Assembly: GCA_048886685.1 (NCBI GenBank)
Contig: JBHLKM010000001.1
Location: 224,001 to 288,000 of the forward strand
DNA from: Candidatus Hodarchaeota archaeon
GTDB lineage: Archaea > Asgardarchaeota > Lokiarchaeia > Sigyniarchaeales > SOKP01
Length of the DNA: 64,000 nt
Direction of reading: 5' to 3'
In this document: one piece after another, positions 48,658 through 58,294 of the stretch
Layout: every line of letters begins with the position of its first letter
How positions within the stretch are numbered: the first letter of the stretch is position 1
The notes under the pieces: model-generated
What the model saw: only the letters and a program-made list of their open reading frames with translations
The model's database searches: none
Told to the model about the DNA's origin: nothing
Program-made: the position numbers and the translations under genes

Positions 48658-49626
48658 TCAAGCATCAAAATAAAATGATAAAAATAATATAAAAAACAGA
48701 AAAGTACCAGCAATAACTATTCCTTTATCCAAAAAGGCTCTTTCGGTGTTTCTAGCGATTTCTGGCTTTGTTGAGGTTAGATACATATAACGCATGATTA
48801 TATACAGTGAAATTGGTATAGTAAAAATAGAAATATATTCATAAAAATTGACATTTCGAGTCTCTGTGGAATTTAGACTAATTAGGTTGAAATTAATGAG
48901 GAGATACAGAGAATATGTCATAAACAATGATCCCGCAATTATTACATGAAATTGGTCTAATAATTTAAGAGAATATTGATCGTAAATTTTTTTATGGTCA
49001 ACAGCTTTATTCTTTCCAAGGATTCTCAGATCTCCTTTTCTTTTTGCAATACTCAAAAACATCGCTACTTCAAAAATAGCTAAAAATAACCAAGCGGAAA
49101 CATATTCTTCAATTATTGCACATCCTGCTAAAGATCTCCATAGATATCCAGTAGACAAAACAAGAATATCGATAAATGCATAATTCTTAAAAAGATGATT
49201 ATAAAGTTGACCTGTGACAACTATCAACATTATCATTATAGCAAAACCTAGATTTGGAATCAGAAAAATCAGAAATAGAAATATACTCCCCCCTATTAAA
49301 ATTAATAGCAATATAGCGAAAGGTAGAGATATTTCTCCTGATGCTAAAGGTTTCTTTTTGATTTTTTCTGGATGATTTCTATCACTTTCTATATCTCTTA
49401 TATCATTAATAATATAATTAAAAGATGATGCAAAACATAACAAAATAAAACCTATGAAGAGAGTAAAGTAGAGATCTATTTCGAATAGTCTTTCACTAAA
49501 AAAAATCCCAACTAAAATCATTGTGTTTTTATAATATTGCCGTATACGGAGAAGGTTTAAAAAATTCTTGATTTTATTTGACATTGATAACCCATTTAAA
49601 GGTATATCTATAATAAATTTTATCAA
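48658..49626 (-). CDS. UbiA-family prenyltransferase, polyprenyl-phosphate phosphoribosyltransferase (DPPR synthase)-like
   Basis: LRIRQYYKN, YIIND..D...DR.HP.K...PLASG, AKRK.DL, RY. Confidence 0.8.
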   Translation of the reverse strand: MIKFIIDIPLNGLSMSNKIKNFLNLLRIRQYYKNTMILVGIFFSERLFEIDLYFTLFIGFILLCFASSFNYIINDIRDIESDRNHPEKIKKKPLASGEISLPFAILLLILIGGSIFLFLIFLIPNLGFAIMIMLIVVTGQLYNHLFKNYAFIDILVLSTGYLWRSLAGCAIIEEYVSAWLFLAIFEVAMFLSIAKRKGDLRILGKNKAVDHKKIYDQYSLKLLDQFHVIIAGSLFMTYSLYLLINFNLISLNSTETRNVNFYEYISIFTIPISLYIIMRYMYLTSTKPEIARNTERAFLDKGIVIAGTFLFFILFLSFYFDA

Positions 49627-52163
49627 GTTATTATGATTCTTTCTGGTTTAAATTTCTTCAATATTTTATAGCCTAAACGACTTGAGAAGCTTGTTTCAGA
49701 TTTGATTTGAATCATAGCACTAGTATAATCAAAAATAATTAATTCTATTTTATTATAAGGGATTTTAATTTCTTTTCCAAAAATATTTTTCACGAGAAGA
49801 GTGTCTTTATCAATATTTTCAGTGTGGTTTACAAAATTTTGAGTATTTAAATTTATTTTCTTGATAAAGCCAATTTCTACATTATTTACTGGTTTTTTTA
49901 GGTAAATATATGAAAGAATGTCTTTATTTATTAACCATTTTATTACTTGTACTTCAGATTCTCGAAATTTTTTATCTCTGTGTATAATTAGAGTTATTCT
50001 TTTAGGTTTAATAATTAATTCGTTTATGTTGTATTTTAAGTGTTTTTTACCTTCATTTTTGGTGGATTCAAAATTGGATAATATTAATTCATAGCCATTT
50101 ATCTCGTTAGTATCTAAGACGTCTATACATTTTAAAATCTTTAATTCCCCTTTTTTTTTGAAAAAAATATCTTGTTCTTTTAAATTTTTAATAATGGCAA
50201 GTGAATTTGGGAGTTTAGTTTTTAAAATTGGTTTTGAAATTTTATTTTTCTCTTTATCTAAGAAGATATAGGTGCTTTTTTTATGATTATTCCTATTTAA
50301 CTTAATATCTATTAAAGTTAAGAGATTATTCTTCGCAAAAGAATATGTTTCATTTAGATCAATTTGATAATGAGTATATAATGACGAATTTAAGAATTCT
50401 TTGTGATTGGTTTTTAGATTAGTTATGATGAATTGTTCACTATCACTAATATCATCAAGAAATTGAACATCATTTAATCTACCTATTCTAATCTCATCAG
50501 TAATTTTATTTTTAAATATAAAATCTTTATTAAGCTCTGATTTGTACAGTTCCTTTCTTCTTAGATTTTCCAACAAGATAGGGATATCTTTGACGTTGAA
50601 TTTTTCTTTAAATTTTCTATTTGCTATAATTTTAAACTTTTTACGAGCTATTTCAAATTTTTTAGCATACTTTTGTTGTTTTGATTTTTTTAAGCATATA
50701 AATGGAAGAATGGCTTCTTTACTTGGTTTTATTTCATTTCCTAATATAACTGCAATTCTTATATAACTTGGAGGATGTGAATTAATGAAATTACCAATAA
50801 GAGAAATTCGTGATGGTTTAATTATTGAGCGATTTAAATAATTCGCTGTATTCATGTAATCTAATAGTTTATTATCTTTTGTAATTTTCTCATCACATAA
50901 AAGCATAGTATTAAGTCCAATTTCTCGTCCAGTAGCATAAAAACTTTCTAAATTGTATAACGCTTTAATAAGCTCATCTGCATATCCTGCCTTTTTAGCT
51001 TTTAAATCTGCTTTTCCCTCCAAAATCCTTACAAATATAAAAAGAATAATATATATTACTAAATTCAAAATAAGGAAAACAATCATAGGAATTTGAGGAT
51101 TTCCAAAAGTGTAATCGTACAGTGTAGCAGGTATACCTAAAACCATTCTCATAACTAAATCTCCAGTTGTAATACAAGTTAAAATTAACGTGTGCTTTCC
51201 CTTTGTATGGGCTAATTCATGAGCTAAAATGCCATTCAGCTCATCATGTGGAATTTGGTTTAGATCTTCAGCAATTATTGCAATTCTTTTATCAAAAAAA
51301 GAACCATATGCCATTGCATTCAAAATTGGATACTTTCCATAGCCTACTTTTACTTTACCTTTAATTCCAATATTTTCTTTTACTTTCCTCACCTTTTTTA
51401 GCATATCGCTATCTCTAACTCTCTTAATTCCAAGCATTTTGTCTAAAATTGAACCTGAAACGAAATATATTATCCAATTCACACATATTAGGATAAAATA
51501 TATATTCATAAAAAAATCGGTAATAATAAATCGATTAAAATTCAATGGTTTATTACTAATGAAGTTGAGTGCCGTATATTGATTAATAAAGACAACTACT
51601 AACCAAGCTATTATATATAAAAGTAATATTAAATATTCTGGGCTCATAAATCTCCATACGATTAAGTATTTTCTCCCAAATAATATAAATCCCATAATCA
51701 ATACAATCCAGAAGGAAAATGCAAAAGCTGTATTGATAAAAAAAGGATTATCTTGATAGAAAGAGATGATACCTGCAAAAAATATAATATTATAAGTCAC
51801 TAATGAGATAATTAGAATTTTATTTAATATTTGATATTCTCTTAATTCAAAAATACCAATCCATAAATATATTGAGAATGCCCCCATTAGAGAAGTCAAG
51901 AAATCCTTAGAAAAGAAAAAAATGAGAAAAAAGAAAAAAGCTATTGCCACAATATCGCTCATTTCACTTCTTTTATTATTTCTAACCCAATGATAAAATT
52001 CTTCGATAGTCAAAAAATATAAGAAAATTGTTATTAAGAAACTCCAATCTATTAAAAGTTCTAACCAATTAAAATGAAAGAATATGGAATTGAATAAAGA
52101 AAATAATCCAATTGATGCAAAAATGTATATAACAAAAAGTAATGATCTTGAGAATTTGTTCAA
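49623..52163 (-). CDS. M48 (HtpX/Ste24-type) membrane metalloprotease with N-terminal multi-TM and long C-terminal extensions
   Basis: NAMA, ILAHELAH, E.KAD, SHPP...RI. Confidence 0.85.
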   Translation of the reverse strand: MNKFSRSLLFVIYIFASIGLFSLFNSIFFHFNWLELLIDWSFLITIFLYFLTIEEFYHWVRNNKRSEMSDIVAIAFFFFLIFFFSKDFLTSLMGAFSIYLWIGIFELREYQILNKILIISLVTYNIIFFAGIISFYQDNPFFINTAFAFSFWIVLIMGFILFGRKYLIVWRFMSPEYLILLLYIIAWLVVVFINQYTALNFISNKPLNFNRFIITDFFMNIYFILICVNWIIYFVSGSILDKMLGIKRVRDSDMLKKVRKVKENIGIKGKVKVGYGKYPILNAMAYGSFFDKRIAIIAEDLNQIPHDELNGILAHELAHTKGKHTLILTCITTGDLVMRMVLGIPATLYDYTFGNPQIPMIVFLILNLVIYIILFIFVRILEGKADLKAKKAGYADELIKALYNLESFYATGREIGLNTMLLCDEKITKDNKLLDYMNTANYLNRSIIKPSRISLIGNFINSHPPSYIRIAVILGNEIKPSKEAILPFICLKKSKQQKYAKKFEIARKKFKIIANRKFKEKFNVKDIPILLENLRRKELYKSELNKDFIFKNKITDEIRIGRLNDVQFLDDISDSEQFIITNLKTNHKEFLNSSLYTHYQIDLNETYSFAKNNLLTLIDIKLNRNNHKKSTYIFLDKEKNKISKPILKTKLPNSLAIIKNLKEQDIFFKKKGELKILKCIDVLDTNEINGYELILSNFESTKNEGKKHLKYNINELIIKPKRITLIIHRDKKFRESEVQVIKWLINKDILSYIYLKKPVNNVEIGFIKKINLNTQNFVNHTENIDKDTLLVKNIFGKEIKIPYNKIELIIFDYTSAMIQIKSETSFSSRLGYKILKKFKPERIIIT

Positions 52164-52268
52164 CTTTTGTACCTCATTTTTTTCTCTTTATTTTCTTCTG
52201 ATAATGTATATTAAGAAATATATAATATTTTGGAGTTCTTTAGTAAAAATAATGAACTTCTTTTATTT

Positions 52269-53639
52269 TTAGGTTATCTTGTTTTTCTCTTTCATTTTGT
52301 CAATTACTACCCAAAAGTATTTAATCGCCAGAAAATACCAAATTAATAATCCAGGAATAATTAAGAGAAAAGAAATTAAAAGATTAACAGGGATTTTTAC
52401 TGGACCAATCCCAATATCTTCAAATGGTAAAGGCATAATAAATAATTCAACAATCGCTAAGAAAATTGTTATAGAAACTAGCAAAATAATCATCTGTACG
52501 ACAATTCCCCTTATTCTGGAAAATTTATATAATAAAAAACTAGTAGGTGCTAAAAATATAATGATTGAGACAAAAAAAACTAGAAGGTCAAAATTTCCAA
52601 TAGAAACTTGTAAAAAAATAACAGAAATAATAGAAAAGAATCCACAAATTGTTGAAAGAGCTAAGAAATTTTTCACTAACTCCGGTTCTGTTAATGCTCC
52701 TTTCGCTAATATTAACCGCGGCAATGTTAAAGCGGCATCTCTTTTATCTGATGCTTGGATTCGATCATCTTCAAGTAATATAATGTCGCTTTTATCTTTA
52801 TGAATATCACTACTTTCAAAAAAACCTCGAACAGAATTAATCACATAAAAACTATTAAATATATGAGTTAAAAGTGCACAAAATGTAGCAACTTCGAGTG
52901 AACCAAAAAACATAATACAAGCAATCATCGCCCCCATACTTAAAGTTCCTACATCTCCTGGGAATACCTTTGCGGGATATTTGTTATAGATAAAAAAAGG
53001 GATTAAGATCGCAATCACAGGAATTGCAAAAACCACTGCCTCAGCAGAATTCCATATTAAACCGCATATGAATAGAAAGGACACAATAATTAGAGAAGTT
53101 CCAGAACCTTCTCCATTATATCCTTCCAACATATTTATAGTATTTACAAAGACTGCTACAATAAGTGGTATAAGGAGTGGATATATGAAATTAAATCTGG
53201 TTTTATCAAGAAAAGGGATTGTTGGTGAAGAGATTGTTATAAAACCGTAAAAATTAGCAAAAAAAATAGCGCTACCGCTAAAAATTGAAAGTATTATTTT
53301 GTATCGAGGTTTTAATTTCTTTCTGTCGTCAATAAATCCTATAACCCCCGCGCTAATGACGGTTAAAAGAAAAATGAGAGTCTCATTAAATAGTTCTGGA
53401 AAAAAGAATATTAGGAATATTAAGGCAATTGTAAAACCTATAATTAAAGCTATTCCACCAGATTCGGCTACCTTAGGTTGCGCATTTTTATGTATATCAT
53501 AACCAGTGTAATCTTTTTCTTTCATAAATTTTATTATAAAAGGGAGGATTTTAGAAGTTACAAAAAAACCAACTAAGAAAATTATTATCAAATAAAATAT
53601 TTCCAAGAAAGTCCAATTCAGCTGTGTAAGATCAGACAT
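52269..53639 (-). CDS. aglH: UDP-GlcNAc:dolichyl-phosphate GlcNAc-1-phosphotransferase (DPAGT1/Alg7/AglH; MraY superfamily)
   Basis: G.DIHK...P.VAESGG, GFIDD, NTINMLEGYNG, NKYPAKVFPGDVG, LTL. Confidence 0.8.
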   Translation of the reverse strand: MSDLTQLNWTFLEIFYLIIIFLVGFFVTSKILPFIIKFMKEKDYTGYDIHKNAQPKVAESGGIALIIGFTIALIFLIFFFPELFNETLIFLLTVISAGVIGFIDDRKKLKPRYKIILSIFSGSAIFFANFYGFITISSPTIPFLDKTRFNFIYPLLIPLIVAVFVNTINMLEGYNGEGSGTSLIIVSFLFICGLIWNSAEAVVFAIPVIAILIPFFIYNKYPAKVFPGDVGTLSMGAMIACIMFFGSLEVATFCALLTHIFNSFYVINSVRGFFESSDIHKDKSDIILLEDDRIQASDKRDAALTLPRLILAKGALTEPELVKNFLALSTICGFFSIISVIFLQVSIGNFDLLVFFVSIIIFLAPTSFLLYKFSRIRGIVVQMIILLVSITIFLAIVELFIMPLPFEDIGIGPVKIPVNLLISFLLIIPGLLIWYFLAIKYFWVVIDKMKEKNKIT

Positions 53640-53674
53640 GTTATTACGGATTATTTTTATTCAGATTGATTAGT

Positions 53675-53682
53675 TTTATATA
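53675..53682 (-). promoter_or_regulatory. Putative TATA box of aglH
   Basis: TATATAAA about 36-43 nt upstream of the ATG at 53639. Confidence 0.4.
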
Positions 53683-53714
53683 CTGAGCATTTCCCCGCTA
53701 TCTTTAAATATAGA

Positions 53715-53816
53715 TAGCCCGGCACGGAATTTCAATTAACAAGCATACTTGTTAATATTCGAACCGTGGTCGCGGGGTTCAAAGCCCCAAATGCTTGGCC
53801 ACTACACCACCGGGCT
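53715..53816 (-). tRNA. tRNA-Gln(UUG) with a 29-nt intron in the T-loop (59/60; intron 53729-53757)
   Basis: Acceptor AGCCCGG/CCGGGCT plus A73 (A1-U72 as in archaeal tRNA-Gln); anticodon arm TGGGG-CT-TTG-AA-CCCCG; T-stem CACGG/CCGTG; removing the intron restores TTCGAAT and gives 73 nt; no encoded CCA. Confidence 0.95.
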
Positions 53817-53822
53817 CTTATT

Positions 53823-54446
53823 TTATAAATTAAATGGTTTTAGGTTTTGATTAAAAAATTCTTCATCTAATAAATTTTTATGGATTTTAAGGAAATCCAT
53901 TTCTTTTTTTTTATCTCTAAATTGATCTGGGAGCATTTGTGGTATAGTGTCAATTATTGGATACCAACGCTTACATTTATCACAAAATAATAAGCCAGAT
54001 TCAATTTCCGTTTCTACTTTGAGTTTATTTAAAAAATATATTTCAGGAAAGATATTTTCAACATTGTTAAAATTATTTTTCTTTTCAAATTCTGTAATTT
54101 TATATTTGATTTCTTTCTTTATTATGTTAAAACTTTTTTTACTGTAAGTATTTTCTGTTTTGTCAAAGATATTATCTAGTTCATTAATACTTGAAATAAT
54201 CATTCCAAGATAAGTCTTTAAAGGAGTTTTTTCAATTGTAATATTATCCTTTATCAGAAAGAAATCTTTTTCTTGAGAAACTTCAATTAGTTTCTCCTCT
54301 TTTATGGAGATCAGATCTCTCTTTTCATATATATCAATAAATCCTTGAAATTCTTCAGATTTAGTCTCAAAAGAAAAAATATATAATTTTAATGGAAAAT
54401 ATTTATCAATAGGACATGCCAATATATCAAATAACCATGGCTTCAT
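53823..54446 (-). CDS. trm112: Trm112-family methyltransferase activator with a large internal insertion
   Basis: LFDILACPIDK.FPLKL ... EIESGLLFCDKCKRWYPIIDTIPQMLPD. Confidence 0.85.
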   Translation of the reverse strand: MKPWLFDILACPIDKYFPLKLYIFSFETKSEEFQGFIDIYEKRDLISIKEEKLIEVSQEKDFFLIKDNITIEKTPLKTYLGMIISSINELDNIFDKTENTYSKKSFNIIKKEIKYKITEFEKKNNFNNVENIFPEIYFLNKLKVETEIESGLLFCDKCKRWYPIIDTIPQMLPDQFRDKKKEMDFLKIHKNLLDEEFFNQNLKPFNL

Positions 54447-54469
54447 AAATTTTTACCAAAGAAAGTTAA

Positions 54470-56314
54470 TTATAGGAGATAACTTCTTAATTGTTGAATT
54501 AATTTATCGATAGTTCTTTCGATTCTTCTTCTTCTTTTCATGAAATCTTCAGACAGTTTAAGATAAGCTGCTCTAGAAGGCAATCTACCTCTTTTATATC
54601 GAGATTCTAAAAGATTTAAGCTATCTTTAACACTAATTCGCTCTGCTTCAAGAAGATCTAATCTTTTTATAACATTTTCAAAAGTGATATTTGTTTCTAG
54701 TAAAATATTCTTAAAAGGATTTATTTCTCGTTGTATTTCCTCTATTTTTGATGTATTTTTATCCAAAATATTTTTATAATTCTTTTTCGCCATTTTCTTT
54801 CTTCTTGAGTCTTCTTCTGCTTTTTGGATTTCTAAGATTAAAGCAATTTTTTCTTCATATAAGGAACAAAATTCGCGAATTTCATTAACTGGTATAAATT
54901 CTCTTTTTAAAATCATTGTATCACGCTCTTTTTTCCTTGTTTTAACAGTTAAAACGTAAATTGATGCAATAAAAGATATTAAAAGCATGATAATTATAGG
55001 TCTTAGAAGCAAGTCGAAAACGTCAATTGTAAATGTAAATTGTATTACCATACTTTCAGAAGGTGAAATAAAATCAGATTTAAAAACAAGTACTGTAGTT
55101 CCCTGATTTTTTTTGATAGCATCTGGATATTGAGAAATTGAATCAACATTATAGCAACCATCAATTATCACGTTAATAGTCTGATCTCTTCCCAAATAGT
55201 CATATATAGTAGTTAATAAATCAATTTGAATTGATTCTTGGAACCAATTTAATGAAACGTAATTTTCAAAGGGTAAATTATATTCAACCTTGAAATTAAA
55301 TATTGAATTAGGATATATATTAAAACGATTTTTAACTATAAGTTCTTTATACTTTGAAGTTCCTGGGATCTCATTTACTTCAGTTAATAATTCTCCTAAA
55401 TCATCTGATATATAGAGATTTGAGGCATGTTGAGGAATTTTCAATGAAACTGTATAAAAACTGATTTCTCCAAGATTTTCTATTGAGAACTTTTCCCTAA
55501 CTTTTATTATTCCCCATGGTGAGATATAAATATCACGTTTTATCTCTTTCATCTCTGCTTTAGTTTTTTCCTTGTTAGTAATAGATATTTGAATTACCAT
55601 TTTATCATCTAAATTTTCTAAGAAAGGAGTTATATAAGTAATTCCAAGTATATTACGGAGATCTTCAAAAGTATATAAAAGTGTATTAACTCCGCCAATA
55701 GGCTTTCCCCATTCTCCCTCTATACTTTCAGCGTCCTCAGAAGCCCTATAATATGCGATTATATCGCCTTGTTGCTTATAGGGCAGAACTGGATAAACGG
55801 TAGACAAAAATTCTACCTTTTGATCCTCTAGCAATGTGTAAATAATTATGTTATTGTAGACATAGCTAAATACAATAGTACTTGTTTGATGTGGTAAGAG
55901 TGGTGAATTAAAATATATGACCATCATTTCAAATCCATTCATTATGATACTAGAACGCTCAGCTAATAATGTGTTTCCGCTTATTCCTGTAGCTTTAAAG
56001 AAAATTAAATATTCAGGATTGTATGCCGGAAGTCCAAAAAATATTGAGGAGATTGGATAATTATTTAAATTTTTAATTTCTATTGAGTCTTCAAAAATTA
56101 CTAAACCATAATTTTTTATATTAACTTCTCTATTAACTTTTGTAACTATAACATTTTCTATTCCTTCCACGCTAGCCGATACTTCTGGAATTTTAGTGGT
56201 ATCATTATTATAATCTATGTATTTTATATCTGAATCCGTTATTATATATGAGAAAACTACTATAACTAGTAAAAAACTTGTTAAAAGTAAAAATAATTTC
56301 TCTCTCTTTGTCAT
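54470..56314 (-). CDS. Ribophorin I (OST1/RPN1)-like oligosaccharyltransferase subunit
   Basis: Signal/TM, two beta-rich lumenal domains (V.R.VNI..YG; KRDIYISPWGII.V.E; SDDLG), LLRP followed by TM, then a cytosolic helical/coiled-coil domain. Confidence 0.8.
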   Translation of the reverse strand: MTKREKLFLLLTSFLLVIVVFSYIITDSDIKYIDYNNDTTKIPEVSASVEGIENVIVTKVNREVNIKNYGLVIFEDSIEIKNLNNYPISSIFFGLPAYNPEYLIFFKATGISGNTLLAERSSIIMNGFEMMVIYFNSPLLPHQTSTIVFSYVYNNIIIYTLLEDQKVEFLSTVYPVLPYKQQGDIIAYYRASEDAESIEGEWGKPIGGVNTLLYTFEDLRNILGITYITPFLENLDDKMVIQISITNKEKTKAEMKEIKRDIYISPWGIIKVREKFSIENLGEISFYTVSLKIPQHASNLYISDDLGELLTEVNEIPGTSKYKELIVKNRFNIYPNSIFNFKVEYNLPFENYVSLNWFQESIQIDLLTTIYDYLGRDQTINVIIDGCYNVDSISQYPDAIKKNQGTTVLVFKSDFISPSESMVIQFTFTIDVFDLLLRPIIIMLLISFIASIYVLTVKTRKKERDTMILKREFIPVNEIREFCSLYEEKIALILEIQKAEEDSRRKKMAKKNYKNILDKNTSKIEEIQREINPFKNILLETNITFENVIKRLDLLEAERISVKDSLNLLESRYKRGRLPSRAAYLKLSEDFMKRRRRIERTIDKLIQQLRSYLL

Positions 56315-56431
56315 ATCTTTATCTTTTCTTTTCTTAAATTATCTAAAAATAATGAAGAACGATTATAAAAATTTATTAAAAATTAATTTTTAAACATTGG
56401 GATAAAATTTTATATTTTTCTCGCTATTAAT

Positions 56432-56692
56432 ATGCATTATAATACTAAAAAAATTTTGATGATAAACATCATGTCAACTCGTCGTACTCAATCAAAACGC
56501 AAGAAAAGAAGAAGCGGCAGTGCTCCAATGCCTATGGGAGGAGCAGGATTAATGAGATTTTTTGAAGATAGTTCAATTGGTATCAAAGTGGGACCAATAA
56601 GTACAATTATTTTATCTATTGCTTTAATATTGTTAGTGATCTTAGCACACATGAAAATTTTCGACTGGCTTTTTACACCCGGTGGAGGGTAA
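56432..56692 (+). CDS. secG: Preprotein translocase subunit Sec61-beta (start probably ATG 56471)
   Basis: GAGLMRFFED...GIKVGP followed by a single C-terminal TM ending in LAH. Confidence 0.92.
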   Translation: MHYNTKKILMINIMSTRRTQSKRKKRRSGSAPMPMGGAGLMRFFEDSSIGIKVGPISTIILSIALILLVILAHMKIFDWLFTPGGG

Positions 56693-56738
56693 TCAGAATA
56701 TTTAATTACAAATTTATTTAATTTCTTACTCATCTTAA

Positions 56739-57044
56739 ATGAAACTATCAGAATTTCAGAAGTTGATTAAAAAACTTTATTTTGAACAGGATCAAACAAG
56801 AGGGATAAAAAACACTTTCATTTGGTTAATGGAAGAAATTGGGGAATTAGCACATATTTTAAAGAATCAAGAGATTGATACTAATAAGGTATCAGAAGAA
56901 CTAGCAGACATTTTTGCTTGGTCAACATCCTTAGCAAATTTATTAGATATTAATCTTGAAGATGCGTTGTTTAAAAAATATCCTAATATGTGTATAAAGT
57001 GCAAATCCAATCCATGTATTTGCTGGAAACAAAAATCACCTTAA
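56739..57044 (+). CDS. MazG-like nucleotide pyrophosphohydrolase
   Basis: WLMEEIGELA, EELADIFAW, KYP..C.KC...PC.C. Confidence 0.88.
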   Translation: MKLSEFQKLIKKLYFEQDQTRGIKNTFIWLMEEIGELAHILKNQEIDTNKVSEELADIFAWSTSLANLLDINLEDALFKKYPNMCIKCKSNPCICWKQKSP

Positions 57045-57158
57045 TGTAAGGTCAATAGAAAAAATTTTTAGAAAATCCTATAAACCGTCAAAATTTCTAA
57101 AAATTATTCTAAACTTTTATGAAAAACAAATAATTCTTCTATATTTTTGGAATAAAAA

Positions 57159-58268
57159 ATGAGTCTTACAGAGAAGAAAATTTGGATAGATATTGAGCAA
57201 CCAAAAACTGCTATTATGTTTCCTTCTTTAATTAAGAGATTTGAAAATGAAAAATTTGATCTCTTAATAACAGCAAGAGATTATGATTCAACTTATCAAA
57301 TTTTAGAGGATTCTGGTACAAAATTTAAGAGGGTTGGCAAGCACGGTGGGGAAAAATTAGAGAATAAATTAGAAACTTATATTAATCGATTGAAGGGACT
57401 TTATCCTTTAGTTAAAACATTTTCACCAGATTATTTTGTTACTTTTTTATCGATTGAAGGTACAAGAATAGCTTATGGTTTACAAATCCCCTCAATTGGA
57501 ATTAATGATGAACCACGTAATAAACCTGTTTGCAAATTAGTTCATCCCTTCTTGGATAACATCATAACTCCTGAATGTATTCCTATAGAAAATTATATTA
57601 ATCTCCACGCTGATCCAAAAAAAATTATCCGATACCATGGTTTAGATGAAATTGCGTGGCTTTCAGAATATAAACCCGATCCAAATGTACTTGATAAGTT
57701 TGATTTGGAAAAAGGAAACTACGTTTTGATAAGAAGTGAACCGTCCTATGCTAGTTATTTTATTGATAAACTTAAACCCCACGAAACATTGATAAGCAAA
57801 TTTCTCCCATCAATCTATAAGCAATTCCCTGACCATAAATATCTTCTCTTAGTTCGATCAGAAAAGCAAGAAAGATTTCTCTTAAAAGAATTAAAAGAAT
57901 TTAGGAAAGATGAAAATATTGTAATAACTCAATATTTATCTAATATTGTCGACTTATGTTTCTATGGTGCCTTAGTTATAAGTGGTGGTGGAACCATTGT
58001 AAGGGAATCAAGCCTTTTGAATGTTCCTAGCATAGAGTTTTTTCCAGGGGAATCTGCACCTCAAGAGAAGTTTTTAATTAAGAATGGGTTTCCACTACAA
58101 CATATAAAAAAAACTGATAAGTTGATAGAAAGTGTGTTAGATATTTTATCTCATGGACCTTTACCAAATAGGTTTAAAGAGAGTTCATTTAAAGAGAAAA
58201 TTAGTCAGTTTGAAAATCCTATAGACATTTGCTTTAATTTTGTCAAGAATAAACTAATAAATATTTAA
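57159..58268 (+). CDS. DUF354 family GT-B protein
   Basis: KIWIDI, ITARDY, VGKHGG, GGGTIVRESSLL.VPSI. Confidence 0.8.
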   Translation: MSLTEKKIWIDIEQPKTAIMFPSLIKRFENEKFDLLITARDYDSTYQILEDSGTKFKRVGKHGGEKLENKLETYINRLKGLYPLVKTFSPDYFVTFLSIEGTRIAYGLQIPSIGINDEPRNKPVCKLVHPFLDNIITPECIPIENYINLHADPKKIIRYHGLDEIAWLSEYKPDPNVLDKFDLEKGNYVLIRSEPSYASYFIDKLKPHETLISKFLPSIYKQFPDHKYLLLVRSEKQERFLLKELKEFRKDENIVITQYLSNIVDLCFYGALVISGGGTIVRESSLLNVPSIEFFPGESAPQEKFLIKNGFPLQHIKKTDKLIESVLDILSHGPLPNRFKESSFKEKISQFENPIDICFNFVKNKLINI

Positions 58269-58270
58269 AT

Positions 58271-58294
58271 AAAAACCGGAGATATCAGGTTTTT
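58271..58294. terminator. Hairpin between convergent genes
   Basis: AAAAACC-N10-GGTTTTT. Confidence 0.35.

Noticed and set aside
53683-53700. tRNA-like 5' fragment (AGCGGGG...GCTCAG) downstream of tRNA-Gln
   Set aside because: No remaining cloverleaf; better explained as sequence just upstream of the aglH TATA box
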